Positions 12,201 through 25,330 of a DNA stretch of 64,000 nt are shown one piece after another. This DNA is from Eledone cirrhosa (lineage: Eukaryota): NCBI GenBank assembly GCA_964016885.1, contig OZ024744.1, positions 3,286,001-3,350,000 of the forward strand, written 5' to 3'. The notes under the pieces are model-generated. The model ran no database searches and was not told the origin of the DNA. It saw only the letters and a program-made list of their open reading frames with translations. Each line of letters starts with the position of its first letter. The first letter of the stretch is position 1. The translations under genes were made by a program, and so were the position numbers.

Positions 12201-15200
12201 GACAAGGTAGAGAAAGATAGCTTGGTGAAGAACGAAGTTTTGAGGGAAGGCAAGGGAGAGAAAGATAGCTTGGTGAATAACAAAGTTTTGGGAGAAGACA
12301 AGGTCGAGAAAGATAGCTTGGTGAAGAACGAAGTTTTGAGGGTAGACAAGGTAGAGAAAGATAGCTTGGTGAAGAACGACGTTTTGAGGGAAGACAAGAT
12401 AGAGAAAGATAGCTTGGTGAAGAACGACGTTTTGTGGGAAGACAAGGTAGAGAAAGATAGCTTGGTGAAGAACGAAGTTTTGTGGGAAGACAAGGTAGAG
12501 AAAGATAGCTTGGTGAAGAACGAAGTTTTGGGGGAAGACAAGGTAGAGAAAGATAGCTTGGTGAAGAACGAAGTTTTGGGGGAAGACAAGGTAGAGAAAG
12601 ATAGCTTGGTGAAGAACGAAGTTTTGGGGGAAGACAAGGTAGAGAAAGATAGCTTGGTGAAGAACGAAGTTTTGGGGGAAGACAATGTAGAGAAAGATAG
12701 CTTGGTGAAGAACGAAGTTTTGGGGGAAGACAAGGTAGAGAAAGATAGCTTGGTGAATAACAAAGTTTTGGGAGAAGACAAGGTCGAGAAAGATAGCTTG
12801 GTGAAGAACGAAATTTTGAGGGAAGACAAGGTAGAGAAAGATAGCTTGGTGAAGAACGACGTTTTGAGGGAAGACAAGATAGAGAAAGATAGCTTGGTGA
12901 AGAACGACGTTTTGTGGGAAGACAAGGTAGAGAAAGATAGCTTGGTGAAGAACGAAGTTTTGAGGGAAGGCAAGGTAGAGAGAGATAGCTTGGTGAATAA
13001 CAAAGTTTTGAGGGTAGACAAGTTAGAGAAAGATAGCTTGGTGAAGAACGACGTTTTGAGGGAAGACAAGATAGAGAAAGATAGCTTGGTGAAGAACGAC
13101 GTTTTGTGGGAAGACAAGGTAGAGAAAGATAGCTTGGTGAAGAACGAAGTTTTGTGGGAAGACAAGGTAGAGAAAGATAGCTTGGTGAAGAACGAAGTTT
13201 TGGGGGAAGACAAGATAGAGAAAGATAGCTTGGTGAAGAACGAAGTTTTGAGGGAAGGCAAGGTAGAGAAAGATAGCTTGGTGAATAACAAAGTTTTGGG
13301 AGAAGACAAGGTCGAGAAAGATAGCTTGGTGAAGAACGAAGTTTTGAGGGTAGACAAGGTAGAGAAAGATAGCTTGGTGAAGAACGACGTTTTGAGGGAA
13401 GACAAGATAGAGAAAGATAGCTTGGTGAAGAACGACGTTTTGTGGGAAGACAAGGTAGAGAAAGATAGCTTGGTGAAGAACGAAGTTTTGTGGGAAGACA
13501 AGGTAGAGAAAGATAGCTTGGTGAAGAACGAAGTTTTGGGGGAAGACAAGATAGAGAAAGATAGCTTGGTGAAGAACGAAGTTTTGAGGGAAGGCAAGGT
13601 AGAGAAAGATAGCTTGGTGAAGAACGAAGTTTTGAGGGAAGGCAAGGTAGAGAGAGATAGCTTGGTGAATAACAAAGTTTTGAGGGTAGACAAGTTAGAG
13701 AAAGATAGCTTGGTGAAGAACGACGTTTTGAGGGAAGACAAGATAGAGAAAGATAGCTTGGTGAAGAACGACGTTTTGTGGGAAGACAAGGTAGAGAAAG
13801 ATAGCTTGGTGAAGAACGAAGTTTTGTGGGAAGACAAGGTAGAGAAAGATAGCTTGGTGAAGAACGAAGTTTTGGGGGAAGACAAGATAGAGAAAGATAG
13901 CTTGGTGAAGAACGTAGTTTTGAGGGAAGGCAAGGTAGAGAAAGATAGCTTGGTGAATAACAAAGTTTTGGGAGAAGACAAGGTCGAGAAAGATAGCTTG
14001 GTGAAGAACGAAGTTTTGAGGGTAGACAAGGTAGAGAAAGATAGCTTGGTGAAGAACGACGTTTTGAGGGAAGACAAGATAGAGAAAGATAGCTTGGTGA
14101 AGAACGACGTTTTGTGGGAAGACAAGGTAGAGAAAGATAGCTTGGTGAAGAACGACGTTTTGTGGGAAGACAAGGTAGAGAAAGATAGCTTGGTGAAGAA
14201 CGAAGTTTTGTGGGAAGACAACGTAGAGAAAGATAGCTTGGTGAAGAACGAAGTTTTGGGGGAAGACAAGATAGAGAAAGATAGCTTGGTGAAGAACGAA
14301 GTTTTGGGGGAAGACAAGGTAGAGAAAGATAGCTTGGTGAAGAACGAAGTTTTGGGGGAAGACAAGGTAGAGAAAGATAGCTTGGTGAAGAACGAAGTTT
14401 TGGGAGAAGACAAGGTAGAGAAAGATAGCTTGGTGAAGAACGAAGTTTTGAGGGAAGACAAGGTAGAGAAAGATATATTGGTGAAGAACGAAGTTTTGGG
14501 GGAAGACAAGGTAGAGAAAGATAGCTTGGTGAAGAACGAAGTTTTGAGGGAAGACAAGGTAGAGAAAGATAGCTTGGTGAATAACGAAGTTTTGGGAGAA
14601 GACAAGGTAGAGAAAGATAGCTTGGTGAAGAACGACGTTTTGAGGGAAGACAACGTAGAGAAAGATAGCTTGGTGAAGAACGAAGTTTTGGGGAAGACAA
14701 TGTAGAGAAAGATAGCTTGGTGAAGAACGAAGTTTTGGGGGAAGACAAGGTAGAGAAAGATAGCTTGGTGAAGAACGAAGTTTTGGGGGAAGACAAGGTA
14801 GAGAAAGATAGCTTGGTGAAGAACGAAGTTTTGGGGGAAGACAAGGTAGAGAAAGATAGCTTGGTGAAGAACGAAGTTTTGGGGGAAGACAAGGTAGAGA
14901 AAGATAGCTTGGTGAAGAACGAAGTTTTGAGGGAAGGCAAGGGAGAGAAAGATAGCTTGGTGAATAACAAAGTTTTGGGAGAAGACAAGGTCGAGAAAGA
15001 TAGCTTGGTGAAGAACGAAGTTTTGAGGGTAGACAAGGTAGAGAAAGATAGCTTGGTGAAGAACGACGTTTTGAGGGGAGACAAGATAGAGAAAGATAGC
15101 TTGGTGAAGAACGACGTTTTGTGGGAAGACAAGGTAGAGAAAGATAGCTTGGTGAAGAACGAAGTTTTGTGGGAAGACAAGGTAGAGAAAGATAGCTTGG

Positions 15201-15258
15201 TGAAGAACGAAGTTTTGGGGGAAGACAAGGTAGAGAAAGATAGCTTGGTGAAGAACGA
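9285..15258 (+). repeat. Duplication at offset 3406 bp (71 monomers)
   Basis: ORF ends 11299/14705 and ORF starts 11311/14717 differ by 3406. The private variant GAGGGGAGAC (RGDK) occurs at ~11667 and ~15073. End coordinates are approximate. Confidence 0.8.
12078..14705 (+). other. Longest + open frame (875 codons of LVKNEVLGEDKVEKDS repeats); probably not a functional CDS
   Basis: The frame is open because the monomer is 16 codons with no stop in this frame. It starts at a TTG present in every monomer and ends at a frameshifting 47-bp monomer. It has no unique N- or C-terminal domain. The confidence value refers to it being translated. Confidence 0.08.
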
Positions 15259-18200
15259 AGTTTTGGGGGAAGACAAGGTAGAGAAAGATAGCTTGGTGAA
15301 GAACGAAGTTTTGGGGGAAATCAAGGTAGAGAATAATAGTTTGGTGAAGAACGAAGTTTTGGGGGAAGACAAGGTAGAGAAAGATAGCTTGGTAAAGAAC
15401 GACGTTTTGAGGGAAGACAAGGTAGAGAAAGATAGCTTGGTGAAGAACGAAGTTTTGGGGAAGACAATGTAGAGAAAGATAGCTTGGTGAAGAACGAAGT
15501 TTTGGGGGAAGACAAGGTAGAGAAAGATAGCTTGGTGAAGAACGAAGTTTTGGGAGAAGACAAGGTAGAGAAAGATAGCTTGGTGAAGAACGAAGTTTTG
15601 AGGGAAGACAAGGTAGAGAAAGATAGCTTGGTGAAGAACGAAGTTTTGGGGGAAGAGAAGGTAGAGAAAGATAGCTTGGTGAAGAACGAAGTTTTGGGGG
15701 GAAGACAAGGTAGAGAAAGATAGCTTGGTGAAGAACGAAGTTTTGAGGGAAGGCAAGGTAGAGAGAGATAGCTTGGTGAATAACAAAGTTTTGAGGGTAG
15801 ACAAGTTAGAGAAAGATAGCTTGGTGAAGAACGACGTTTTGAGGGAAGACAAGATAGAGAAAGATAGCTTGGTGAAGAACGACGTTTTGTGGGAAGACAA
15901 GGTAGAGAAAGATAGCTTGGTGAAGAACGAAGTTTTGTGGGAAGACAAGGTAGAGAAAGATAGCTTGGTGAAGAACGAAGTTTTGGGGGAAGACAAGATA
16001 GAGAAAGATAGCTTGGTGAAGAACGAAGTTTTGAGGGAAGGCAAGGTAGAGAAAGATAGCTTGGTGAATAACAAAGTTTTGGGAGAAGACAAGGTCGAGA
16101 AAGATAGCTTGGTGAAGAACGAAGTTTTGAGGGTAGACAAGGTAGAGAAAGATAGCTTGGTGAAGAACGACGTTTTGAGGGAAGACAAGATAGAGAAAGA
16201 TAGCTTGGTGAAGAACGACGTTTTGTGGGAAGACAAGGTAGAGAAAGATAGCTTGGTGAAGAACGAAGTTTTGTGGGAAGACAAGGTAGAGAAAGATAGC
16301 TTGGTGAAGAACGAAGTTTTGGGGGAAGACAAGGTAGAGAAAGATAGCTTGGTGAAGAACGAAGTTTTGGGGGAAGACAAGGTAGAGAAAGATAGCTTGG
16401 TGAAGAACGAAGTTTTGGGGGAAATCAAGGTAGATAATAATAGTTTGGTGAAGAACGAAGTTTTGGGGGAAGACAAGATAGAGAAAGATAGCTTGGTGAA
16501 GAACGAAGTTTTGGGGGAAGACAAGGTAGAGAAAGATAGCTTGGTGAAGAACGACGTTTTGTGGGAAGACAAGGTAGAGAAAGATAGCTTGGTGAAGAAC
16601 GAAGTTTTGGGGAAAGACAAGGTAGAGAAAGATAGCTTGGTGAAGAACGAAGTTTTGGGGGAAGACAAGGTAGAGAAAGATAGCTTGGTGAAGAACGAAG
16701 TTTTGGGGGAAGACAAGGTAGAGAAAGATAGCTTGGTGAAGAACGAAGTTTTGGGGAAGACAATGTAGAGAAAGATAGCTTGGTGAAGAACGAAGTTTTG
16801 GGGGAAGACAAGGTAGAGAAAGATAGCTTGGTGAATAACAAAGTTTTGGGAGAAGACAAGGTCGAGAAAGATAGCTTGGTGAAGAACGAAATTTTGAGGG
16901 AAGACAAGGTAGAGAAAGATAGCTTGGTGAAGAACGACGTTTTGAGGGAAGACAAGATAGAGAAAGATAGCTTGGTGAAGAACGACGTTTTGTGGGAAGA
17001 CAAGGTAGAGAAAGATAGCTTGGTGAAGAACGAAGTTTTGGGGGAAGACAAGGTAGAGAAAGATAGCTTGGTGAAGAACGAAGTTTTGGGGGAAGACAAG
17101 GTAGAGAAAGATAGCTTGGTGAAGAACGATGTTTTGGGGAAGACAATGTAGAGAAAGATAGCTTGGTAAAGAACGAAGTTTTGGGGGAAGACAAGGTAGA
17201 GAAAGATAGCTTGGTGAAGAACGAAGTTTTGAGGGAAGACAAGGTATAGAAAGATAGCTTGGTGAATAACGAAGTTTTGGGAGAAGACAAGGTCGAGAAA
17301 GATAGCTTGGTGAAGAACGAAGTTTTGAGGGAAGACAATGTAGAGAAAGATAGCTTGGTGAAGAACGAAGTTTTGGGGGAAGACAAGGTAGAGAAAGATA
17401 GCTTGGTGAAGAACGAAGTTTTGGGGGAAGACAAGGTAGAGAAAGATAGCTTGGTGAAGAACGAAGTTTTGAGGGAAGACAAGGTAGAGAAAGATATATT
17501 GGTGAAGAACGAAGTTTTGGGGGAAGACAAGGTAGAGAAAGATAGCTTGGTGAAGAACGAAGTTTTGAGGGAAGACAAGGTAGAGAAAGATAGCTTGGTG
17601 AATAACGAAGTTTTGGGAGAAGACAAGGTAGAGAAAGATAGCTTGGTGAAGAACGACGTTTTGAGGGAAGACAACGTAGAGAAAGATAGCTTGGTGAAGA
17701 ACGAAGTTTTGGGGAAGACAATGTAGAGAAAGATAGCTTGGTGAAGAACGAAGTTTTGGGGGAAGACAAGGTAGAGAAAGATAGCTTGGTGAAGAACGAA
17801 GTTTTGGGGGAAGACAAGGTAGAGAAAGATAGCTTGGTGAAGAACGAAGTTTTGGGGAAAGACAAGGTAGAGAAAGATAGCTTGGTGAAGAACGAAGTTT
17901 TGGGGGAAGACAAGGTAGAGAAAGATAGCTTGGTGAAGAACGAAGTTTTGAGGGAAGGCAAGGGAGAGAAAGATAGCTTGGTGAATAACAAAGTTTTGGG
18001 AGAAGACAAGGTCGAGAAAGATAGCTTGGTGAAGAACGAAGTTTTGAGGGTAGACAAGGTAGAGAAAGATAGCTTGGTGAAGAACGACGTTTTGAGGGAA
18101 GACAAGATAGAGAAAGATAGCTTGGTGAAGAACGACGTTTTGTGGGAAGACAAGGTAGAGAAAGTTAGCTTGGTGAAGAACGAAGTTTTGTGGGAAGACA

Positions 18201-19570
18201 AGGTAGAGAAAGATAGCTTGGTGAAGAACGAAGTTTTGGGGGAAGACAAGGTAGAGAAAGATAGCTTGGTGAAGAACGAAGTTTTGGGGGAAGACAAGGT
18301 AGAGAAAGATAGCTTGGTGAAGAACGAAGTTTTGGGGGAAATCAAGGTAGAGAATAATAGTTTGGTGAAGAACGAAGTTTTGGGGGAAGACAAGGTAGAG
18401 AAAGATAGCTTGGTAAAGAACGACGTTTTGAGGGAAGACAAGGTAGAGAAAGATAGCTTGGTGAAGAACGAAGTTTTGGGGAAGACAATGTAGAGAAAGA
18501 TAGCTTGGTGAAGAACGAAGTTTTGGGGGAAGACAAGGTAGAGAAAGATAGCTTGGTGAAGAACGAAGTTTTGGGAGAAGACAAGGTAGAGAAAGATAGC
18601 TTGGTGAAGAACGAAGTTTTGAGGGAAGACAAGGTAGAGAAAGATAGCTTGGTGAAGAACGAAGTTTTGGGGGAAGACAAGGTAGAGAAAGATAGCTTGG
18701 TGAAGAACGAAGTTTTGGGGGGAAGACAAGGTAGAGAAAGATAGCTTGGTGAAGAACGAAGTTTTGAGGGAAGGCAAGGTAGAGAGAGATAGCTTGGTGA
18801 ATAACAAAGTTTTGAGGGTAGACAAGTTAGAGAAAGATAGCTTGGTGAAGAACGACGTTTTGAGGGAAGACAAGATAGAGAAAGATAGCTTGGTGAAGAA
18901 CGACGTTTTGTGGGAAGACAAGGTAGAGAAAGATAGCTTGGTGAAGAACGAAGTTTTGTGGGAAGACAAAGTAGAGAAAGATAGCTTGGTGAAGAACGAA
19001 GTTTTGGGGGAAGACAAGATAGAGAAAGATAGCTTGGTGAAGAACGAAGTTTTGAGGGAAGGCAAGGTAGAGAAAGATAGCTTGGTGAATAACAAAGTTT
19101 TGGGAGAAGACAAGGTCGAGAAAGATAGCTTGGTGAAGAACGAAGTTTTGAGGGTAGACAAGGTAGAGAAAGATAGCTTGGTGAAGAACGACGTTTTGAG
19201 GGAAGACAAGATAGAGAAAGATAGCTTGGTGAAGAACGACGTTTTGTGGGAAGACAAGGTAGAGAAAGATAGCTTGGTGAAGAACGAAGTTTTGTGGGAA
19301 GACAAGGTAGAGAAAGATAGCTTGGTGAAGAACGAAGTTTTGGGGGAAGACAAGGTAGAGAAAGATAGCTTGGTGAAGAACGAAGTTTTGGGGGAAGACA
19401 AGGTAGAGAAAGATAGCTTGGTGAAGAACGAAGTTTTGGGGGAAATCAAGGTAGAGAATAATAGTTTGGTGAAGAACGAAGTTTTGGGGGAAGACAAGAT
19501 AGAGAAAGATAGCTTGGTGAAGAACGAAGTTTTGGGGGAAGACAAGGTAGAGAAAGATAGCTTGGTGAAG
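14430..19570 (+). repeat. Duplication at offset 3021 bp (63 monomers)
   Basis: ORF starts 14717/17738, 15484/18505 and 15725/18746 all differ by 3021. Both copies share the 49-bp G6 monomer. Ends are approximate. Confidence 0.8.
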
Positions 19571-21869
19571 AACGAAGTTTTGGGAGAAGACAAGGTAGAG
19601 AAAGATGGCTTGGTGAAGAACGAAGTTTTGAGGGAAGACAAGGTAGAGAAAGATAGCTTGGTGAAGAACGAAGTTTTGGGGGAAGACAAGGTAGAGAAAG
19701 ATAGCTTGGTGAAGAACGAAGTTTTGGGGGAAGACAAGGTAGAGAAAGATAGCTTGGTGAAGAACGAAGTTTTGAGGGAAGGCAATGTAGAGAAAGATAG
19801 CTTGGTGAAGAACGAAGTTTTGGGGGAAGACAAGGTAGAGAAAGATAGCTTGGTGAAGAACGAAGTTTTGGGAGAAGACAAGGTAGAGAAAGATAGCTTG
19901 GTGAAGAACGAAGTTTTGAGGGAAGACAAGGTAGAGAAAGATAGCTTGGTGAAGAACGAAGTTTTGGGGGAAGACAAGGTAGAGAAAGATAGCTTGGTGA
20001 AGAACGACGTTTTGGGGGGAAGACAAGGTAGAGAAAGATAGCTTGGTGAAGAACGAAGTTTTGAGGGAAGGCAAGGTAGAGAAAGATAGCTTGGTGAATA
20101 ACAAAGTTTTGAGGGTAGACAAGTTAGAGAAAGATAGCTTGGTGAAGAACGACGTTTTGAGGGAAGACAAGATAGAGAAAGATAGCTTGGTGAAGAACGA
20201 CGTTTTGTGGGAAGACAAGGTAGAGAAAGATAGCTTGGTGAAGAACGAAGTTTTGTGGGAAGACAAGGTAGAGAAAGATAGCTTGGTGAAGAACGAAGTT
20301 TTGGGGGAAGACAATATAGAGAAAGATAGCTTGGTGAAGAACGAAGTTTTGGGGGAAGACAAGGTAGAGAAAGATAGCTTGGTGAAGAACGAAGTTTTGG
20401 GGGAAGACAAGGTAGAGAAAGATAGCTTGGTGAAGAACGAAGTTTTGAGGGAAGGCAAGGTAGAGAAAGATAGCTTGGTGAATAACAAAGTTTTGGGAGA
20501 AGACAAGGTCGAGAAAGATAGCTTGGTGAAGAACGAAGTTTTGAGGGTAGACAAGGTAGAGAAAGATAGCTTGGTGAAGAACGACGTTTTGAGGGAAGAC
20601 AAAATAGAGAAAGATAGCTTGGTGAAGAACGACGTTTTGTGGGAAGACAAGGTAGAGAAAGATAGCTTGGTGAAGAACGAAGTTTTGTGGGAAGACAAGG
20701 TAGAGAAAGATAGCTTGGTGAAGAACGAAGTTTTGGGGGAAGACAAGGTAGAGAAAGATAGCTTGGTGAAGAACGAAGTTTTGGGGGAAGACAAGGTAGA
20801 GAAAGATAGCTTGGTGAAGAACGAAGTTTTGGGGGAAATCAAGGTAGAGAATAATAGTTTGGTGAAGAACGAAGTTTTGGGGGAAGACAAGGTAGAGAAA
20901 GATAGCTTGGTAAAGAACGACGTTTTGAGGGAAGACAAGGTAGAGAAAGATAGCTTGGTGAAGAACGAAGTTTTGGGGAAGACAATGTAGAGAAAGATAG
21001 CTTGGTGAAGAACGAAGTTTTGGGGGAAGACAAGGTAGAGAAAGATAGCTTGGTGAAGAACGAAGTTTTGGGAGAAGACAAGGTAGAGAAAGATAGCTTG
21101 GTGAAGAACGAAGTTTTGAGGGAAGACAAGGTAGAGAAAGATAGCTTGGTGAAGAACGAAGTTTTGGGGGAAGACAAGGTAGAGAAAGATAGCTTGGTGA
21201 AGAACGAAGTTTTGGGGGAAGACAAGGTAGAGAAAGATAGCTTGGTGAAGAACGAAGTTTTGAGGGAAGGCAAGGTAGAGAAAGATAGCTTGGTGAATAA
21301 CAAAGTTTTGAGGGTAGACAAGTTAGAGAAAGATAGCTTGGTGAAGAACGACGTTTTGAGGGAAGACAAGATAGAGAAAGATAGCTTGGTGAAGAACGAC
21401 GTTTTGTGGGAAGACAAGGTAGAGAAAGATAGCTTGGTGAAGAACGAAGTTTTGTGGGAAGACAAGGTAGAGAAAGATAGCTTGGTGAAGAACGAAGTTT
21501 TGGGGGAAGACAAGGTAGAGAAAGATAGCTTGGTGAAAAACGAAGTTTTGGGGGAAGACAAGGTAGAGAAAGATAGCTTGGTGAAGAACGAAGTTTTGGG
21601 GGAAATCAAGGTAGAGAATAATAGTTTGGTGAAGAACGAAGTTTTGGGGGAAGACAAGGTAGAGAAAGATAGCTTGGTGAAGAACGACGTTTTGAGGGAA
21701 GACAAGGTAGAGAAAGATAGCTTGGTGAAGAACGAAGTTTTGGGGAAGACAATGTAGAGAAAGATAGCTTGGTGAAGAACGAAGTTTTGGGGGAAGACAA
21801 GGTAGAGAAAGATAGCTTGGTGAAGAACGAAGTTTTGGGAGAAGACAAGGTAGAGAAAGATAGCTTGGT

Positions 21870-24800
21870 GAAGAACGAAGTTTTGAGGGAAGACAAGGTA
21901 GAGAAAGATAGCTTGGTGAAGAACGACGTTTTGAGGGAAGACAAGGTAGAGAAAGATAGCTTGGTGAAGAACGACGTTTTGTGGGAAGACAAGGTAGAGA
22001 AAGATAGCTTGGTGAAGAACGAAGTTTTGGGGAAAGACAAGGTAGAGAAAGATAGCTTGGTGAAGAACGAAGTTTTGGGGGAAGACAAGGTAGAGAAAGA
22101 TAGCTTGGTGAAGAACGAAGTTTTGGGGGAAGACAAGGTAGAGAAAGATAGCTTGGTGAAGAACGAAGTTTTGGGGAAGACAATGTAGAGAAAGATAGCT
22201 TGGTGAAGAACGAAGTTTTGGGGGAAGACAAGGTAGAGAAAGATAGCTTGGTGAATAACAAAGTTTTGGGAGAAGACAAGGTCGAGAAAGATAGCTTGGT
22301 GAAGAACGAAATTTTGAGGGAAGACAAGGTAGAGAAAGATAGCTTGGTGAAGAACGACGTTTTGAGGGAAGACAAGATAGAGAAAGATAGCTTGGTGAAG
22401 AACGACGTTTTGTGGGAAGACAAGGTAGAGAAAGATAGCTTGGTGAAGAACGAAGTTTTGTGGGAAGACAAGGTAGAGAAAGATAGCTTGGTGAAGAACG
22501 AAGTTTTGGGGGAAGACAAGGTAGAGAAAGATAGCTTGGTGAAGAACGATGTTTTGGGGAAGACAATGTAGAGAAAGATAGCTTGGTGAAGAACGAAGTT
22601 TTGGGGGAAGACAAGGTAGAGAAAGATAGCTTGGTGAAGAACGAAGTTTTGAGGGAAGACAAGGTATAGAAAGATAGCTTGGTGAATAACGAAGTTTTGG
22701 GAGAAGACAAGGTCGAGAAAGATAGCTTGGTGAAGAACGAAGTTTTGAGGGAAGACAATGTAGAGAAAGATAGCTTGGTGAAGAACGAAGTTTTGGGGGA
22801 AGACAAGGTAGAGAAAGATAGCTTGGTGAAGAACGAAGTTTTGGGGGAAGACAAGGTAGAGAAAGATAGCTTGGTGAAGAACGAAGTTTTGAGGGAAGAC
22901 AAGGTAGAGAAAGATAGCTTGGTGAAGAACGACGTTTTGTGGGAAGACAAGGTAGAGAAAGATAGCTTGGTGAAGAACGAAGTTTTGTGGGAAGACAAGG
23001 TAGAGAAAGATAGCTTGGTGAAGAACGAAGTTTTGGGGGAAGACAAGGTAGAGAAAGATAGCTTGGTGAAGAACGAAGTTTTGAGGGAAGACAAGGTAGA
23101 GAAAGATAGCTTGGTGAATAACGAAGTTTTGGGAGAAGACAAGGTAGAGAAAGATAGCGTGGTGAAGAACGACGTTTTGAGGGAAGACAAGGTAGAGAAA
23201 GATAGCTTGGTGAAGAACGAAGTTTTGGGGAAGACAATGTAGAGAAAGATAGCTTGGTGAAGAACGAAGTTTTGGGGGAAGACAAGGTAGAGAAAGATAG
23301 CTTGGTGAAGAACGAAGTTTTGGGGGGAAGACAAGGTAGAGAAAGATAGCTTGGTGAAGAACGACGTTTTGAGGGAAGACAAGGTAGAGAAAGATAGCTT
23401 GGTGAAGAACGAAGTTATGGGGAAGACAATGTAGAGAAAGATAGCTTGGTGAAGAACGAAGTTTTGGGGGAAGACAAGGTAGAGAAAGATAGCTTGGTGA
23501 AGAACGAAGTTCTGAGGGAAGACAAGGTAGAGAAAGATAGCTTGGTGAAGAACGAAGTTTTGGGAGTAGACAAGGTAGAGAAAGATATCTTGGTGAAGAA
23601 CGAAGTTTTGAGGGAAGACAAGGTAGAGAAAGATAGCTTGGTGAAGAACGACGTTTTGAGGGAAGACAAGGTAGAGAAAGATAGCTTGGTGAAGAACGAC
23701 GTTTTGTGGGAAGACAAGGTAGAGAAAGATAGCTTGGTGAAGAACGAAGTTTTGGGGAAAGACAAGGTAGAGAAAGATAGCTTGGTGAAGAACGAAGTTT
23801 TGGGGGAAGACAAGGTAGAGAAAGATAGCTTGGTGAAGAACGAAGTTTTGGGGGAAGACAAGGTAGAGAAAGATAGCTTGGTGAAGAACGAAGTTTTGGG
23901 GAAGACAATGTAGAGAAAGATAGCTTGGTGAAGAACGAAGTTTTGGGGGAAGACAAGGTAGAGAAAGATAGCTTGGTGAATAACAAAGTTTTGGGAGAAG
24001 ACAAGGTCGAGAAAGATAGCTTGGTGAAGAACGAAATTTTGAGGGAAGACAAGGTAGAGAAAGATAGCTTGGTGAAGAACGACGTTTTGAGGGAAGACAA
24101 GATAGAGAAAGATAGCTTGGTGAAGAACGACGTTTTGTGGGAAGACAAGGTAGAGAAAGATAGCTTGGTGAAGAACGAAGTTTTGTGGGAAGACAAGGTA
24201 GAGAAAGATAGCTTGGTGAAGAACGAAGTTTTGGGGGAAGACAAGGTAGAGAAAGATAGCTTGGTGAAGAACGATGTTTTGGGGAAGACAATGTAGAGAA
24301 AGATAGCTTGGTGAAGAACGAAGTTTTGGGGGAAGACAAGGTAGAGAAAGATAGCTTGGTGAAGAACGAAGTTTTGAGGGAAGACAAGGTATAGAAAGAT
24401 AGCTTGGTGAATAACGAAGTTTTGGGAGAAGACAAGGTCGAGAAAGATAGCTTGGTGAAGAACGAAGTTTTGAGGGAAGACAATGTAGAGAAAGATAGCT
24501 TGGTGAAGAACGAAGTTTTGGGGGAAGACAAGGTAGAGAAAGATAGCTTGGTGAAGAACGAAGTTTTGGGGGAAGACAAGGTAGAGAAAGATAGCTTGGT
24601 GAAGAACGAAGTTTTGAGGGAAGACAAGGTAGAGAAAGATAGCTTGGTGAAGAACGACGTTTTGTGGGAAGACAAGGTAGAGAAAGATAGCTTGGTGAAG
24701 AACGAAGTTTTGTGGGAAGACAAGGTAGAGAAAGATAGCTTGGTGAAGAACGAAGTTTTGGGGGAAGACAAGGTAGAGAAAGATAGCTTGGTGAAGAACG

Positions 24801-25330
24801 AAGTTTTGAGGGAAGACAAGGTAGAGAAAGATAGCTTGGTGAATAACGAAGTTTTGGGAGAAGACAAGGTAGAGAAAGATAGCGTGGTGAAGAACGACGT
24901 TTTGAGGGAAGACAAGGTAGAGAAAGATAGCTTGGTGAAGAACGAAGTTTTGGGGAAGACAATGTAGAGAAAGATAGCTTGGTGAAGAACGAAGTTTTGG
25001 GGGAAGACAAGGTAGAGAAAGATAGCTTGGTGAAGAACGAAGTTTTGGGGGGAAGACAAGGTAGAGAAAGATAGCTTGGTGAAGAACGACGTTTTGAGGG
25101 AAGACAAGGTAGAGAAATATAGCTTGGTGAAGAACGAAGTTATGGGGAAGACAATGTAGAGAAAGATAGCTTGGTGAAGAACGAAGTTTTGGGGGAAGAC
25201 AAGGTAGAGAAAGATAGCTTGGTGAAGAACGAAGTTCTGAGGGAAGACAAGGTAGAGAAAGATAGCTTGGTGAAGAACGAAGTTTTGGGAGTAGACAAGG
25301 TAGAGAAAGATATCTTGGTGAAGAACGAAG
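21870..25330 (+). repeat. Tandem duplication, period 1725 bp (36 monomers)
   Basis: ORF starts 22200/23925, 22679/24404 and 23446/25171 differ by 1725. GATATC occurs at 23584 and 25309, and GTTATG at 23415 and 25140. Confidence 0.88.

Larger units (their letters stand above)
1..22000 (+). repeat. Left subfamily domain of the array
   Basis: Rich in the variants GAAGGCAAG, GAGGGTAGAC, AATAACAAAG, AAGATAGAG and GAAATCAAGGTAGAGAATAATAGTT. The last of these has its TCA at 259, 2130, 3233, 5104, 8941, 15321, 18342, 19446, 20839 and 21606, with a variant copy at 16425 and stragglers at 26877 and 29512. These variants are not seen beyond ~30.3 kb. The boundary is approximate. Confidence 0.85.
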